64,000 bases of DNA from Mobula hypostoma (taxonomy: Eukaryota), in the NCBI RefSeq assembly GCF_963921235.1, contig NC_086097.1, positions 76,572,001 through 76,636,000 on the forward strand. The letters run 5' to 3'. This document shows positions 48,790 through 62,232 of the stretch, one piece after another. The notes beneath the pieces were generated by a model. That model was not told where the DNA came from, ran no database searches, and saw nothing but the letters and a program-made list of their open reading frames with translations. Made by a program: the position numbers and the translations under genes. How positions within the stretch are numbered: position 1 is the stretch's first letter; each line of letters opens with the position of its first letter.

Positions 48790-50410
48790 TTTTTAAATCT
48801 TTTTTATTAATTATTATTGAAGATCAACAAAAAATACGTAAAAGTAAGTCAACATGTCAATATGTACAATGAGAAATTAAATTATCACATAACTGATTAA
48901 CAAAGTTAAACAATATATCAATAATAATAAGAAAAAATGAAATGTTAAAACTTTTTTTGGGGAAAAAAGAACCCCTACTAACTAAAACAAAAAAACCCTA
49001 CTAACAAAAAAAAACACCATTGGGAGCACAACCCCGGAGCTATATGCCATACAAGCTTCCATAAAAGAAAAACATCAATCCACCAACTCAAATCCATTTA
49101 AACAAGAATCAGAAGAGAACCATCTTAATTAACTCAAATCAAATGATAGTAGCTGGCAAAAGAACCCCACCTTTTCTCAAAGTCAAATCGAGGATCAAAA
49201 GTTCGACTTCTGATTTTCTCCAAACTAAGACATAACATCACCTGAGAGAACCATTGTATCAAAGTGGGAGCAGAGGCATCTTTCCATTTCAATAAAATAG
49301 CCCTTCTGGCCAATAATGTAACAAATGCAATTACATGTTAGTCTGATATAGAAATACTGGGAATATATTGAGGGATTATACCGAACAAAACTATCAATTT
49401 ATTAGGTTGTAAATTAATTTTTAAAGCTTTAGAAACTGTAGAGAAAATAGATTTCCAAAATTGTTTCAATACAGAACACGAACAAAACATATGTGTCAGT
49501 ATAGCTGTCTCAGTTTTACATCTATCACACTGACTATCAACATTAGAAAATATTTTAGACAGTCTCTCTTTTGTCGAATGGTAACGATGTACAATTTTAA
49601 ATTGAATTAAAGAGTGACTGGCACAAATCGAAGAAGAGTTAACCAACTTCAAAATTCGCAAACAATCCTTTGTTATCATGGTCATGTTAAGCTCTCTTTC
49701 TCAATCTTGCTTAATCTTAAGTAAAGGATAACTGTACTGTTGTAATAGTAAATTATAAATTTAAACTAAGAAGGTTAAATTTTTTGAGATTAAAAGAAAT
49801 TATGAAACTGGTACCAGATTCGTAATGACTGCTTAATCATAGGATATAAATTTAAATTAGAAATTTTGGCTCGTTATACAAGTAAAGAAGCTTCTAAGAA
49901 TGAAGTGAAGTTGTTTCACAGCTTTCACAGCTTTCAATTCTAAATCAACCCAAGGTGGTCGTTCATTTTTATCAGTCCAATATAACCAAGAACACACGTA
50001 ACGTATATTAACAGCCCAATAATACATTCTTAAATTGGGCAGAGCAAGACCTCCATCCTTTTTTTTAATTTTTGTAAATGATATTTTCCAATTCTTGGTC
50101 TTTTATTATTCCAAACAAAAGATAAAATAATAGAATCAACCTGATCAAAAAACTTCTTAGTTTATAAAAAAAAGGAATATTTTGAAATACATATAAAAAA
50201 AATGTCGGTAAAATCACCATTTTAACTGCACGAATTCGGCCAGCTAACGAAAGTGTAAGTGGATTCCATTTACAAAATAATTGCTTCATAAAATCCACTA
50301 AAGGAACCAAATTAGTTCTATAAAGGTCTCTGTAATTTTTAGTGATGATAATACCCAAATATTTAAAAGAGTCCGTAACTTTAAATGGAATGTCATCATA
50401 TATGGATTAT
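48790..50410 (-). mobile_element. L1-clade LINE 3' fragment with internal deletion
   Basis: LSLAGRIRAVKM.ILP; IQFKIVHR..CDRC....LTHMF.SC; T-rich tail at the left end. Confidence 0.82.
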
Positions 50411-51604
50411 TCATGGTGTGCCTTTTCAATTTTCACCCTTGGTTTCGTTGTTCAACTTCAAATACAACCTTCGATTGCAGGAACAAGGTCATTGCTGAGG
50501 AAGTTAGGGTAATAGATTGAAGTTGAAAATGTAAATGAAAGATGCATATGTTGTAGAGATGTGTGTTTTTAGTTATGCTCCACTTCTTGCAAGTTTCTTA
50601 CCCATCAATATCAAGTCATGTTTGAAATTGAATTCATTGTTATTATTTAAGTAGCAACCAGAACAAAAATAAGGAAGGATGGGAGAGTATGTTCTGATCA
50701 GTGCTATTACTGAGTCTTTCCATAGGAAAATCTAGCTGGAAAAATAAATGGCAAGAGTTTAACAAAGCAAATGTCTATAGTCGTATTCCAAGGTGATAGG
50801 TTAAACCTTAAATAGTTAACCTTAAACTGCACCGTCATTTATCATTTAGCTTGCATTTACATATCATTCTCCTTGTTTTAGATGGGTGAAGACCCGTGCT
50901 CTAAAGGTAGTTGAATTTATTGTTATATGAACAAATACATTACATGTGTAGGCCAATGAAAAACTTACTTGCAGCAGCATCACAGGCTCAAACATGTAAG
51001 CAGCATTCACAAGAAAAACATAAATTAAACAATGTAGTTATACTCTGTTTTTGCAAGCACGAACAAGGTGATTCAGGAAGGGATACAACTCTTTGACTAA
51101 TGTTATTAAGCACATGTACATAGTGGCATAAATTCTATCTATCTTTCCACAATTTTATTTCCACATCTGGAGACCTAAATTCAATAGAAGTGACCAACTC
51201 TGCAAAGCTTAATGGTTGCAATTGAAGTCAAATGCCAATAGGGAGCCAAAGCTTTTCAATTCAGTGTACCTTGAAATTTGGTAAGCCTGCCATATCTATA
51301 AATGTTTATTAGAGAACTACAGCACAGAAGCAGGCTCATCTTTCTAAGACCATCTATTATTCTACCTAGTCCCATTGACCTGCAGTAGGATCATAGCCCT
51401 CCAAATCTCTCCCACCCATGTACATACCTAAGCTTGTCTTAAACAATGAAATTGAACTTGCATTCACGGCTTCCAGTGGCAGTTTGCTCCACATTCTCAA
51501 TGTCTTCTACGTGAAACATTTCACCTTTAAACCTTAACCCACAACCTCTAGTTCTAGTCTCACCCAACTTCAGTGAGGAAAAAGCCTGCTTGCATTAACC
51601 ACAA

Positions 51605-51902
51605 CCGTGATGTAGTGGTTGGAACAACATTATTACAGCTCAAGGCGGTGGTGTTCAGAGATTAATTCCGATGTCATCTGTAATGAATGTGTATGTCCAC
51701 CCTGTGAACAGATGGATTTCCTCTGGGTGCTTCGGTTTCTTCCCACAGTCCAAAGATGTACTAGTTAGTAGATTAATAGGTCATTGTAAATTGTCCCATG
51801 ATTAGGCTGGGGTTAAATCGGTGGGCTGCTGGTGGCATGGCTCGAAGAGCCAAAAATACCTATGTCGTGCTGTATCTCTAAATGAAATAAAATAAAAATA
51901 AA
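51605..51902 (+). mobile_element. tRNA-derived V-SINE/HE1-like SINE inserted in a CR1 3' fragment (~51310-52000)
   Basis: A-box-like TGTAGTGG, V-core TTTCCTCTGGGTGCTTCGGTTTC.TCCCACAGTCCAAAGA, A-rich tail. Confidence 0.7.
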
Positions 51903-53339
51903 GTATACCCTTATCAAATCTACCCTCATTCTCCTACCTGTCAGGGAATTAAGTCCTAATATTTTCAACCATTTCCAATAATTCAGATCCTCAAGACCTG
52001 TTTAATGTTAGGCCCCCATTAGTATAACCCTTGATGTGTATTGTATCCAACAATGCCTACTTATCCAACTACTTTGCTGTCATTGAGGAAAATGAGGAAA
52101 ATAATTTGCAAATTTAACTTTAGCACTGGGAAATTGGATACAGGTTCCCAAAAATTCAGTGATCTTACAGTCAAGATTGAGGTACAGCTGGCGAAATCTC
52201 TACATATACCTTTTATATTAGCATGGCTCCTCTATATGACTTCCTAAAATTGTTGTTCTCCAACTCTGTAGCGATTTATCACACACAATTATTATTTCTA
52301 GGTGGCATGCACTAGAAAATGCTACGGGAACTGAGCAGCATTCTAATGAACCTAGGACATGGACTATTTCAATTCCAGACAATATCTGGAGAGACCAGAT
52401 ATATTAGGGACATTATATAACAACCACCACTTTACTGGCACTGTAGAGCTAGAACCTTAGAAGGCTCTGTTTTGGTTTTCGGCAACCTCGCTTGCTGGGA
52501 CTTACAGAATATCACATTACCCCTGAACTCTGTTGCAGTAGTCCAGTGCCAAAGGGAGGCTGGAGCACAGCCCTGAGGGAGTAGTCTGGACTTTAAGGGT
52601 GATGATATTTCATTCTTCATCACCCAGTCTCCAGTGCAAGTTGGATTGACCTGGCTCTGACTAATCTGCTGCAATTTGCAGCCAGGACCTCAAGGCACAC
52701 AGCTCCATGAGCTTGGAAATAGAAATTGCTGCAAACGCTCAGCACGTTTTGCAACATCTGTGCAAAGAGAAACATTTCAAGTGGAAGGTCCTTCATCAGT
52801 AGCCTTTTGAAGTTGCTCACCATGGCCAACTAATGCAGGCACTTTCAATCTCAGAAAATGTAGCCACTGGAAATACAGCACATCGGAACAATAAGATAAG
52901 TAAATAAGCACAGAGATAAGGGCTTCCACGTTACGGGTTTAACTTTTGTATTGCAGTCATTTGAAAAACCTGTTTCTGTCCTGGATTTGGTGCTATGTTT
53001 ATTTATATTTGTATTCATCACTGGAAAAGCCAACATTTAATTACCATAATTTATTGCCCTTGAGTTGGTGCTGGTAAGCCTCATTACACCACTGTGCTTC
53101 TTCCGGTAAAGGCATTCCCACAATTTTGGGGTAGGAGTTTCACAATTCAGACCCACTGATGATGAAGAACCAGTGACTTGTTTCTAGATCAGGTTAGTCT
53201 GCAATTATAATACGCATCTGAAATTTGGTGCTCCCTGTTACCTACACCCTTTAACAATGAGGTAGTAGACATTAACAATTTGTGAGATGCTGTTGGAGTA
53301 GTCTGTGGGAGTGACCATTGTGCATCTTAGAGGTCAATT

Positions 53340-54470
53340 GTTGTGTTGTTTTATTGTTGTCACAGGTACCAAGGCAATGTGATGAACGTTGTTTTGCATG
53401 CCATTCATACAAGTCATTTCGTTACAACGGTGCATTGAGTAGGATGAGGGAAAGCAATAACAGAATGCAGAATAAAGTGCCACAGTTACAGAGAAAGTGC
53501 AGCACGGGTAGACAATAAGATGCAAGGCCTTAACAAGATAGATTTTGAGGTCAAGAGTTGATCTTATTTTACTAGAGTACATTTCAATAATCTTATAACA
53601 ACAGAATCTATCCTTGATAGTGTTGATAGATGTTTTCAGGCTTTTGTATCTTCTAGAAAGAAGAGAGAGAATGCCCAGGGTAGGTGGGGGGTCTTTGATT
53701 ATGTTTGCTGCTTTATCAAGGCAATGAGAAGTATAGAAAGAATCAATAGGAGGAGGCTGGTTTCCATGATGTGCTGAGCTGTATTGGCAAAGGTTTTGCT
53801 TCAACTGCAAGAAACTGCAGAGAGTTGTTAATATAGCTCGCACATCACAGAAACCAACCTCCCCTCATGGACTCCCTCTTGTTTCTTGTGGTTGCAGTTA
53901 GAGAAAGTTGTAATGTATCTGGACTGGAAGCTTTCTGTGGTGCATCAATTAAAAATTGGTGAGATTCAAAGGCGGCATGCCAACATTCTTTAGCCGACTG
54001 AGAAAGTAGAGGTGCTGGCTATGTTGTCTATGTGGTAGGACCAGGTCAGACTGTATGTGGCACTCATTCCTGAGGACTTGAAGCTTTCAATCCTCTCAAC
54101 CTCAGAATTGTTGATATAAACTGGAGCGTGTGTCAATGACCAGCTCTTTTGTTTGGCTGACATTGAGGGAAAGGTTGTTGTCATGCTGCCATGTCACTAC
54201 ATCTCCTTCCTGTACTCCAACTCATTGTTATTTGTGATTCTGCCCAGTATGGTGGTGTCATCTGCAAAACTGTATTTGGAGTTGAAACTGAAACTAGCCA
54301 CACATTCATGGGTATATAGGGAGCAGAGAATGGGCCCGAGGTCACAGCTTTGTGAGACAGTGTTGAAAATAATTGTATGGAGGTGTTGCTGCTTACCCTT
54401 ACTGATTGTGGTCTATAGATCAGGAAGTTAACACTCCTGCTGCAAAGGGAAGAGTGCCTGGTCTCAGTAC
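53340..54470 (-). mobile_element. Rex1-like LINE fragments
   Basis: ..CLDKAANIIKDP..; EVERIESFK; reverse-strand FADDTT region. Confidence 0.65.
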
Positions 54471-54479
54471 TATAGCCTG

Positions 54480-57400
54480 ACTCACTCTCTCTATACTCTT
54501 CCACACCCCACTGGTTCTACATGCACAGGAGACTGTGGTGGGTTCCAGTGCTGCAGGCAACTTTCTGGATAGACCCTGTATGTGCAGCTTTGACTTCCTG
54601 ATGAGCCTATCTCTTATCCCTTCCTGCATCACGGCCATTGATGGATGTCCCTGGAGGTCTGCGATGGTCAATAGCGTGTATGTGGCCTGTGCACATAAGC
54701 ATCAGAGAGCTCTGTGAATCCATCCAATTACTCCTGGTGCCTAACCCAACATTCTGCTCACCTTGGCTCTCCACTCACGATCCTCACTTTGCCTGCTCAT
54801 CCGGTTCACTGCTGAGTTTGGGACTCACCTGCCATACCACGTGCCAGCAGCCTCGGTTGACTTAACCATGTAAATCTCTCTGAAGATGGAGGAAACCCTT
54901 GATCTGAAGATGGAGGAAACCCTTGACATCACCAAACTCCCACAGGAATACCACAACCTTGCCATCATACTGATGGCAAGAGGAACCTCTCTGACCACAT
55001 GACTGGGTGATTGACCCCCTCCTGGACATCACCCCTCTCCGACATCATCTGTTCCCCCTCTTCCCTCATGAGACTAAAGCCATGAATGACTACATCATTG
55101 AAGCACTACAGCATAGCTTCATTTAACCGTTCCAGTCCCCAGCTAGTGCAGGATTCTTCCTTGATGTTCTTCGTCCCTGCATTGACACCATGGACTCAAC
55201 AAGATCACTGTTAACAACCACTACCCCCTCCCCATTGATTGATTGATGCTGCATTTGGAGCACTCCGTGGGGCCCTGATCTGCATCTTCTGCGGGGGGGG
55301 GGCGGGGGGAGTGAGTGGAAGATGGCGTTTATAACACCCACTCTGCACTAAGAATGCCTGGTGATGCCATTCGGACGTTTCAACAGTCCAGCCATTTTCC
55401 AAGCCTTCATTAATGAAATACTCCAAGGCATATGTGCTTGTCTACTTCGTTGACATCCTCATCTTCTCTAAGGATCCCTAAAACCATGTCTGTCATGTCC
55501 ATTCAGTCCTTCAGTGTCTCCTCAAAAACCATCTTTGCTCCAAATTAGAAAATTGCCAGTTCTACACCCCAGTTATTTCCAGAGATGTCCCCGACTGCGC
55601 TCCCTCAAACAGTTACAGTGTTTCTTGTGCTTCTCCAGCTTCTACTGCTGGTTCATCAGAAACTATAGCCAAATCACTGCTCCTCTTGCCTCCCTCTCCA
55701 AGCCACCTACTTCACAGATAATATGCTCTGATGACGTATACAGTGTTCTTGAGGAGCTCAAGAAATGCTTCACCACTGCTCCCATTCACCACTATCCAAA
55801 ATGCTCTGTACCTTTTGTGATAGAGGCAGACACATCTGTCGTGGGCAACGGGGCCATCCTCTCTCAGCAAGGAGCGGATGGGAAGACACACCCTTGTGCC
55901 ACTTTCTCATGCAAGTTCAACTCAACACAGCGGCATTAGGGAGTAGGAGGCAGGGAGTAGCTGGACTTTGGAGGAATGGAGACATTGGCTAAGGGGAAGC
56001 ATTGAGCCCTTTATGATCTGGACTGACCAGCAGAACCTCATATCCATACAACAGAACCACCAAATCAACCCAAATCAGACTTGCTGCGCCCTCTTCTTTG
56101 ACCAATTCAAATTCACCATCTCCTATTGGCCCAGCTCGAATAACACTAAAGCAGACACCTTTCTCAATCCAGCTGGAATGGAATTCGACCCTCAGCCATC
56201 ATTCTATCCTCCCGGATCCTCATCCCAGTCACCTGGGACTTTGAGAACCAGATCTACCAGGCACTATAGTACAAGCCTGCTTTGGCTAATGCCCCTGACA
56301 ACCGCTGGTGACCATACGCTCTGATGCACTCCAGTGAGCCACTTTGGCCATCCAGGTGCACAACAGACTCTGGATTTTCTATGATACCAGTTCTGGTGGC
56401 CCACCGTGATCGCAGATGTACGTCAGTTCATTGCTGTCTGTCCTCAATGTCCCCTGTCCAATTCCTCCAACGAATGGCTCTCTGGACTCCTGTGGCCCAT
56501 ACCAGTCCTTCGACCCCCCATAGTCATGCTTCATCATAGATTTTATCATGGGTTTGCTACCTTTCCAAGGGTGGGGGGGGGGGCACGATGATCATGACAG
56601 TGGTGGTCCGGTTGTCCAAGGTGACCTACTTCATTGCCCTCCTCAAACTTCCCTCAGCCGCTGAGATGGCAGGCCTAGTACTCCAACATGTAGTTTGCCA
56701 GCCCAGCTTTCTTCAAGGCATTGTATCAGACTAGAGCCCACAATCTGCCTCCTGCTTCTGGTGAGCCTCTGTTCCCTCCTGCATATTTTAGTGAGTTTAT
56801 CCACTAGCTATCATCTGCAGACCGGTGGGCAGTCAGAAAGAGCCAATCAGCAAGTGGAGAAGTTTCTGTGATGTTTTGCTGCCTCTAACCCTTCCAAATG
56901 GAAGAAGTATCTGCTTTGGGTTGAGCTGAACCACAATTTACACACCTCCTCTGCCATGGGAATGTCACACTTTTGAAGTGCTTCATAGCTACCAACCCTC
57001 ATTGTTCCCCTTGGAGAAGCCAACCGTGGAGGTCCTGTCTGCAAGAGCCCTGGTTTGCTGCTGCTGGAATGCTTGGAAGAGGGCATGGTGGGCCATCCTA
57101 GCTGGCAACTGTGCCTACTGCTGCCAGGCTAACCAGCTGCAGTGTCCACATAGACTAATCTAGTCTCAGAATCATGTTCAGCTGTCCACCCGAGATCTGC
57201 CCCTGAGCACTAACTCCCACAAGCTCTCACCCCAGTTCATCAGTCCCTTAAAAATTACCCATCGCAACAATCCAGTCACTTAGTCTCCAGTTGCCATTGT
57301 CCCTCAGGATCACACCTACCTTCTACATGTCCTGTTTCAAGGCCATTGGTCATGGACCACTTAACCTACAAGAGCCTGCACCTCTGAAACCTAGGATAAT

Positions 57401-57952
57401 GGAAGGTGGTCCAGTGCACGCAATTCACCGGTTGATGGATTCATGCCATCGTAGATGGGGTGTGCAATACCTCCTCGATTGAGAAGGGTACAGCCCGAGA
57501 AGATTTCTTGGATCCATCACTCTTTGAAGAGTTCCACCAGACTCGTCCAGATTACCTGGGCGGATGGGTACCAGTTGTAAGTGGAGGGTGGGGAAGAGGG
57601 TTCCTGTCAGGCCTACACAGGCAGGCACTTCCCAGTCTCATGAAGCTAACAGGAATCACCTGCCACTCACTTTCAACTTATTACCTGCAGCCTATTTAAA
57701 CCCAGCTCACACAGCAAACCAGCCGAACTCAAGCAGTTGCTCCTAGCTTTCAGTTACCTTGTTGCCTGCTGTGCTTTGTATCTGTTTTCTCTTGTTCTGT
57801 GGCCCTTTGTGGTTGTTATTCTGCAGTAAATTATTAATAATATCGTTTGTGGCTGAATCGTCTCCACTGCTCTGCTTTAGAGTCAACCATTCTCTACATT
57901 TTCTGACGTCCTGGTCCCATAAACCTTCAGTGCTGTCAGCCATTTCTTGACA
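54480..57952 (+). mobile_element. Heavily decayed sushi/chromovirus Gypsy (PR-RT-RH-IN-chromodomain plus 3'LTR 57605-57952)
   Basis: SSAAGNFLD (PR); FVIEADTS.VG.GAILSQ and EEWRHWL.G (RH); GHPG, SLRI.PTF..S (IN, GPY/F); GVQYLLD*EGYSP (chromodomain); PPT GGGGAAGAGGG; LTR TGTCAGG..TTGACA. Confidence 0.82.
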
Positions 57953-58934
57953 ACACATGAAATGAAGTGGCTTGAGACTGACCTCTGTGATGCTAAGGTT
58001 TTCAGGAGAAAACTGAGATGCATCAGCTGTTTGCTATTTTTAGCTGAACATGGTTTAGCCTTTTTCCTTAGTACTTGCATGCTGGGCTGTACCATTGTTG
58101 ATTTGGCTCGTTGGGTGCAAAATAAGACCCCAAGGCCATAAGAGCAGAATGAGTTCCGCTGGTCCAAAATCCACTCTCACTTCTCTTTTACTCTTTATAT
58201 ATCTGAAAATCTTTTTGTATCCTCTTGTATATTACTGACTAGCTTACCTTCATTTTTCATCTTTTCTCTCCTTATGTTTTGTTTAGTTGCCTTCTATTGG
58301 TTTTCTAAAGCTTCCCAATCCTCTAACTTACCAATAATTTTTGCTATTTTTACATGCCCACTGTTTTCCTTTAAAGCTGTTTTTGGCTTCCCTTCTCAGC
58401 CACGGTTGCCTCATCCTCCCTGTTATGGGAAAGCAGATTTGTGGATTCGGTGAGTGGGACAGAAGACACTGATTGTGAGTAAGTATACTAACTATTTATT
58501 CACAAGACAAACAGTGAAGCACTCAGCCAAGCATCAAACAAGTACTTAGCTAAGCCACTAAATGTTCAAAAACCATTCAAGCTAAACTCTTTTACAGATC
58601 CTTAGCTAAACTGAGCACCCAAAGTGGCAGGACAAAACAGACACTAAACATGCACACAGTGGCAAGCACTTAACTAGAGCACACCCCCACTGTTTACTGT
58701 TTCCGCAGGACCCTCTTCTACCTGGTGCATGGTATCGGACAGGAAGAAAGAGACCGCATGGTTAATGCGCACTGGACTTGAACCCCACTGGAGCTGTGAC
58801 ATCATCAGCTAAGCAGAAGCCGCTGGGAGGGATTGCAATGCTCCTCACGCAAGTCAGTTCTTGCCTCCAATGGACAGGGCTTTTATTGAGCAGGTAAGTT
58901 AAGACAGTTACTATAATGTTCCACCCCTCAAAAG

Positions 58935-60070
58935 CTACAACACTGTGACACTCAACCCAAGGCTAGTATAACCCCTTGGATGCCTCACAATACTACACAT
59001 AAAACATAACACAATAATACGCAGAATTATCAGCTCACCAGTTACTACGGTAGTCCGCCAACCTCCGAATGCCCCAAAAGACCAACCACTCCCTACTTAT
59101 GGAGCTATCCCCCTATTTTCCTAATCTTGTATGGATATGATCACGCGGGTGAGTAATGTTCCCAGACAAGTTGGGGATGTAGGAGCAGCACTCTTGACCA
59201 GCACTCTCAGTACAGCTGCCACCTTTCTTCGGGAGCAGATAGACTGAGGCCATCTGATTGTGCTAGGCCACCATCCGAATTACCATCAACACTTGGATCA
59301 GCCCATCCTCCACGTGCTTGAAAACTCTGGCCATCTCATTAGCCAGTGCCGCCATCACAGAGGAAGGCATATCAGTTCCCGGGACAACCTAGATGTACCA
59401 CACGGCTATCATACAGAATCTTTCTGCCCCTGTGATACGCCTCTTACTGCATGACCTTCATGGGCAGCATGCTCATTCAGGCTATTAGGGCTATTAATAC
59501 TGTACCACGTACCCCAGATGGCAGCAGTCACACCATCCTGTGAAAGTCACAGGTAGGCCCGGGAGCTGCAAATCCAGTATGTATCACTTAGCATCCAGGG
59601 TGTGCCCACCTTCACAGCACCAATTGGTGTTGACACAGTTGTCCCAGGATACTGCTCCCATCCACGCTCGCTGTGTCCCACTGACTGATTGGACCTTTGC
59701 TCATCATATTGCCTGTACCAACGCCTTTTCCCCTTCCCTGTATTACTCTGCTGTTCAGGACCTTGAAATTAGATAAATTGTATGTGGGGAAGTACTGAGG
59801 GTTACTGAGGATCAAGGCATTTCCAATGGTATGGAGGGAGATTGGCTGGAATGGACTATTCTTTCCAGGCTTTCCCAAGACAGAATGCCAAAATATGATA
59901 AGCTGGACAAGTTCTTCCAGCGGTCCTGTTCTTTGTTATTAAAGGGGATTGGTGTCAGTTGCAACCCTTCTTTAACACGTGATGGCCCCTCATGCAGCCC
60001 AAACAGTCTGAAGCTTTGATGTGGTTCGCATACTCATATGCCATCCGCAGGAATGTATTGTTGGATCACA
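58935..60070 (-). pseudogene. Retroviral env (gamma-type SU/TM), disrupted
   Basis: Manual translation across stops and frameshifts: NTFLRMAYEYANHIKASDCLGC; TYWICSSRAYL / GWCDCCHLGYV; CSKRR (furin-site remnant); IRMVA*HNQMASVYLLPKKGGSCTESAGQECCSYIPNLSGNIT (ISD plus Cys loop); GWSFGAFGGW and hydrophobic anchor LIILRIIVLCFMCSIV. Confidence 0.82.
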
Positions 60071-60519
60071 CTCTCACACACTGTCACACAAACTTATGTG
60101 TGGCCACATGTTGTGCAACATTTTTCAAACTCACTATTCACACTTCACTATGAGACAGGGCAAATGACCTCCCTGCAGGGGTTGGGTAGGAAGGCACGAC
60201 TCAACACCCAACCCCTGCTGCCACTGAAGGTCAGACAGTGTCTTTTGTACAGGCTCCAGCGAGGGCTATCAGAGGAATCCTGCCAAGGGCTTGGGGAATG
60301 ACCTTCTTGTCTTAACGGCCTCCTGAACACTCTGCCCTGGCTGTACTCTGACCACATAATATAGAGGGTGGGAGTGCCCCAGCCCCGAGCACTGCTAAGA
60401 ACACCTTACAGATCATGCGGGATCCCCAGCTCCCTGTTTGCTTAGCCAGCTTCTGAACATGGCTACACGTACCTTTTCCCAAATACTCCCACCCTTCCAG
60501 CAACTGAATGACTGCAACT

Positions 60520-60813
60520 GGGGCAGCACTGCAGCCTAGTCGCTAGCAGCATGCTTGACAGTACCAGCAACTCGGGTTCAATTCCAGCCGCTGTCTCCAA
60601 GGAGTTTGTACCTTCTCCCCATGACTGTGTGGGTTTCCTCTGGGTGCTCCAGTTTCCTTCCACGGTACAAAGATATACTGGTTGGTAGGTTAATTGGTCA
60701 TTGTAAGTTACTGTGTGATTAGGCTAGAATTAAATTGGGGGTTGTTTGGCGGTGAAGCTGAAAGCCGAGAAGGGCTTAATCCATGCTGTATTTCAATAAA
60801 TAAATTTTTTAAA
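60520..60813 (+). mobile_element. tRNA-derived V-SINE/HE1-like SINE inserted in the ERV
   Basis: B box GGTTCAATTCC, V-core GGGTTTCCTCTGGGTGCTCCAGTTTCC, AATAAATAAA tail. Confidence 0.78.
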
Positions 60814-60814
60814 A

Positions 60815-62020
60815 TTCTGGTAACTCTGATTGCCAGTTCTATTAAAGGCAGCACCACCCCTTTCAAGTGGTGAACCACTGTCATAACCAAATGCCCTACC
60901 ACTGCAGGGGTCAGTTCAGAATCCTCTGGTGGGCTATCACTATCACTGTATAAATCTGTAATTAGAGCACACTGGTGAGGAGCTCTGGTCCTTTCCTCTA
61001 CTGTGCTCCACTCCGCCTGGGGCTTCAAATCCCACTCAAGGAGGGAAGGGTACCTGACCTTGACCACTGCTGCCCTCCGATCCCTTAAGGATTTATTACT
61101 CTCACGGGAAGTGAGCAGCATTGTCAAAGTGTTATTGACCACGTGTTGGGACATTAGCTGCCCCCTAAGGTATCCATCTCTCAATTAGATACTCACTCCA
61201 GCATGCACCCCACCCCACTATATCCTCAACAACCATGTGGCCAAAAGCTTTTCTGTCTTCTTCATCTGTACCTATCTCGCAATCTTGGTGGAGAACTCCC
61301 TGATTTCTGTTGTCACGGAGGGGCCTACTGCACTACTTCTCCCCCCCCCCCGCACGTTCTTGTCTTCCTGTCCAATGAAAGTCCAAGAAACACTGTCCAA
61401 AGCCCTTTATGCTGGGTATGGAACTGCGTGATCACTGGTCTGGCCTGTACTGTCTTGGCTCCACAAGGGGAAAGGGAGAACATCGTGAGGTAGAATATCC
61501 CCATCACCATCCCTTCAGATATCCCAATCCCCCATTCACATGTTGGAATCATCTCCCCGCGGCATCAAGGTTCAAACTTTAAAGGGACCTGGTTGACATT
61601 GGTCAACCTTGAATTGCTGCACCTTCACTAGCCAACAGGCTATCTGTGTACCATTGTCTTCTAGGTTTTTGGCCAGACTGTGTGCCAAACAGACAGCTTC
61701 TCCCGTTGTACAGTGCTGGCGCAGCTCCTCCACCTTGTTGTTGAGACTTACTAGCTCCTGCTCTCTCTCTACGATCTTCTCATGCTGGTACATTATGATG
61801 GCTGCCAGCAGTCAGAAAACATCCCTCTAGTTCCCCTTTTACTTGGGGAACCATGTCTTAGTAAGTATGAGCATGGTGTGATGTCCAATTTTTCACCCCG
61901 TGGGAGTCCGACTTGTCTGACCAGTTTACGGACTCCCAAGTCCTGCTCTGTTGTTGGTGCACCCCAGGTCTCAGCACTCCTCATACAGTGGGTTCTCTCT
62001 CTCATTTTTCCTTCTAAAGA
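60815..62020 (-). pseudogene. Retroviral gag, class III (ERV-L/ERV-S-like), disrupted
   Basis: Coiled-coil N-part; FKV*TLM..DWDI* (cf. ERV-L KVRALI..WDGDVW); ATWLLRI* (cf. EWILRVWD); VKVRYP..EWSTVEE..LY...PEDSELT (cf. RWP..W..VEEG..PEDIPFT). Comparisons from recall. Confidence 0.62.
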
Positions 62021-62232
62021 TACTCATCGTCTGTACAAACAGAATCCTGCTGACCACAACAAATGCCAAGGGAAAACATTTGCAGATTTGATGCATGGAA
62101 CAGAAGACACTGCAGTAAGCATGTTAACTATTTATTTACAAGACAAACAGTGAAACACTCAACCAAATATCAAAGTCAAAAAAGTACTTATCCAAGTCCC
62201 TTATGTTACAAGACTATGATACTGGACCTTCA

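Larger units (their letters stand above)
58421..62200 (-). mobile_element. Decayed endogenous retrovirus lacking pol: partial 5'LTR (62064-~62200), PBS-Ser, gag, env, PPT, 3'LTR (58421-58918)
   Basis: LTR similarity between 58421-58560 and 62064-62200. PBS TGTTGTGGTCAGCAGGATT (62061-62043) versus tRNA-Ser TGGCGTAGTCGGCAGGATT (15/19). PPT GAGGGGTGGAA (58929-58919). AATAAA in the LTR. Confidence 0.82.

Noticed and set aside
54881..54926. Short tandem duplication TGAAGATGGAGGAAACCCTTGA
   Set aside because: Ordinary local duplication inside a decayed Gypsy.
58935..60070. Co-opted syncytin-like env gene
   Set aside because: Multiple stops and frameshifts, including within the ISD; no intact ORF.
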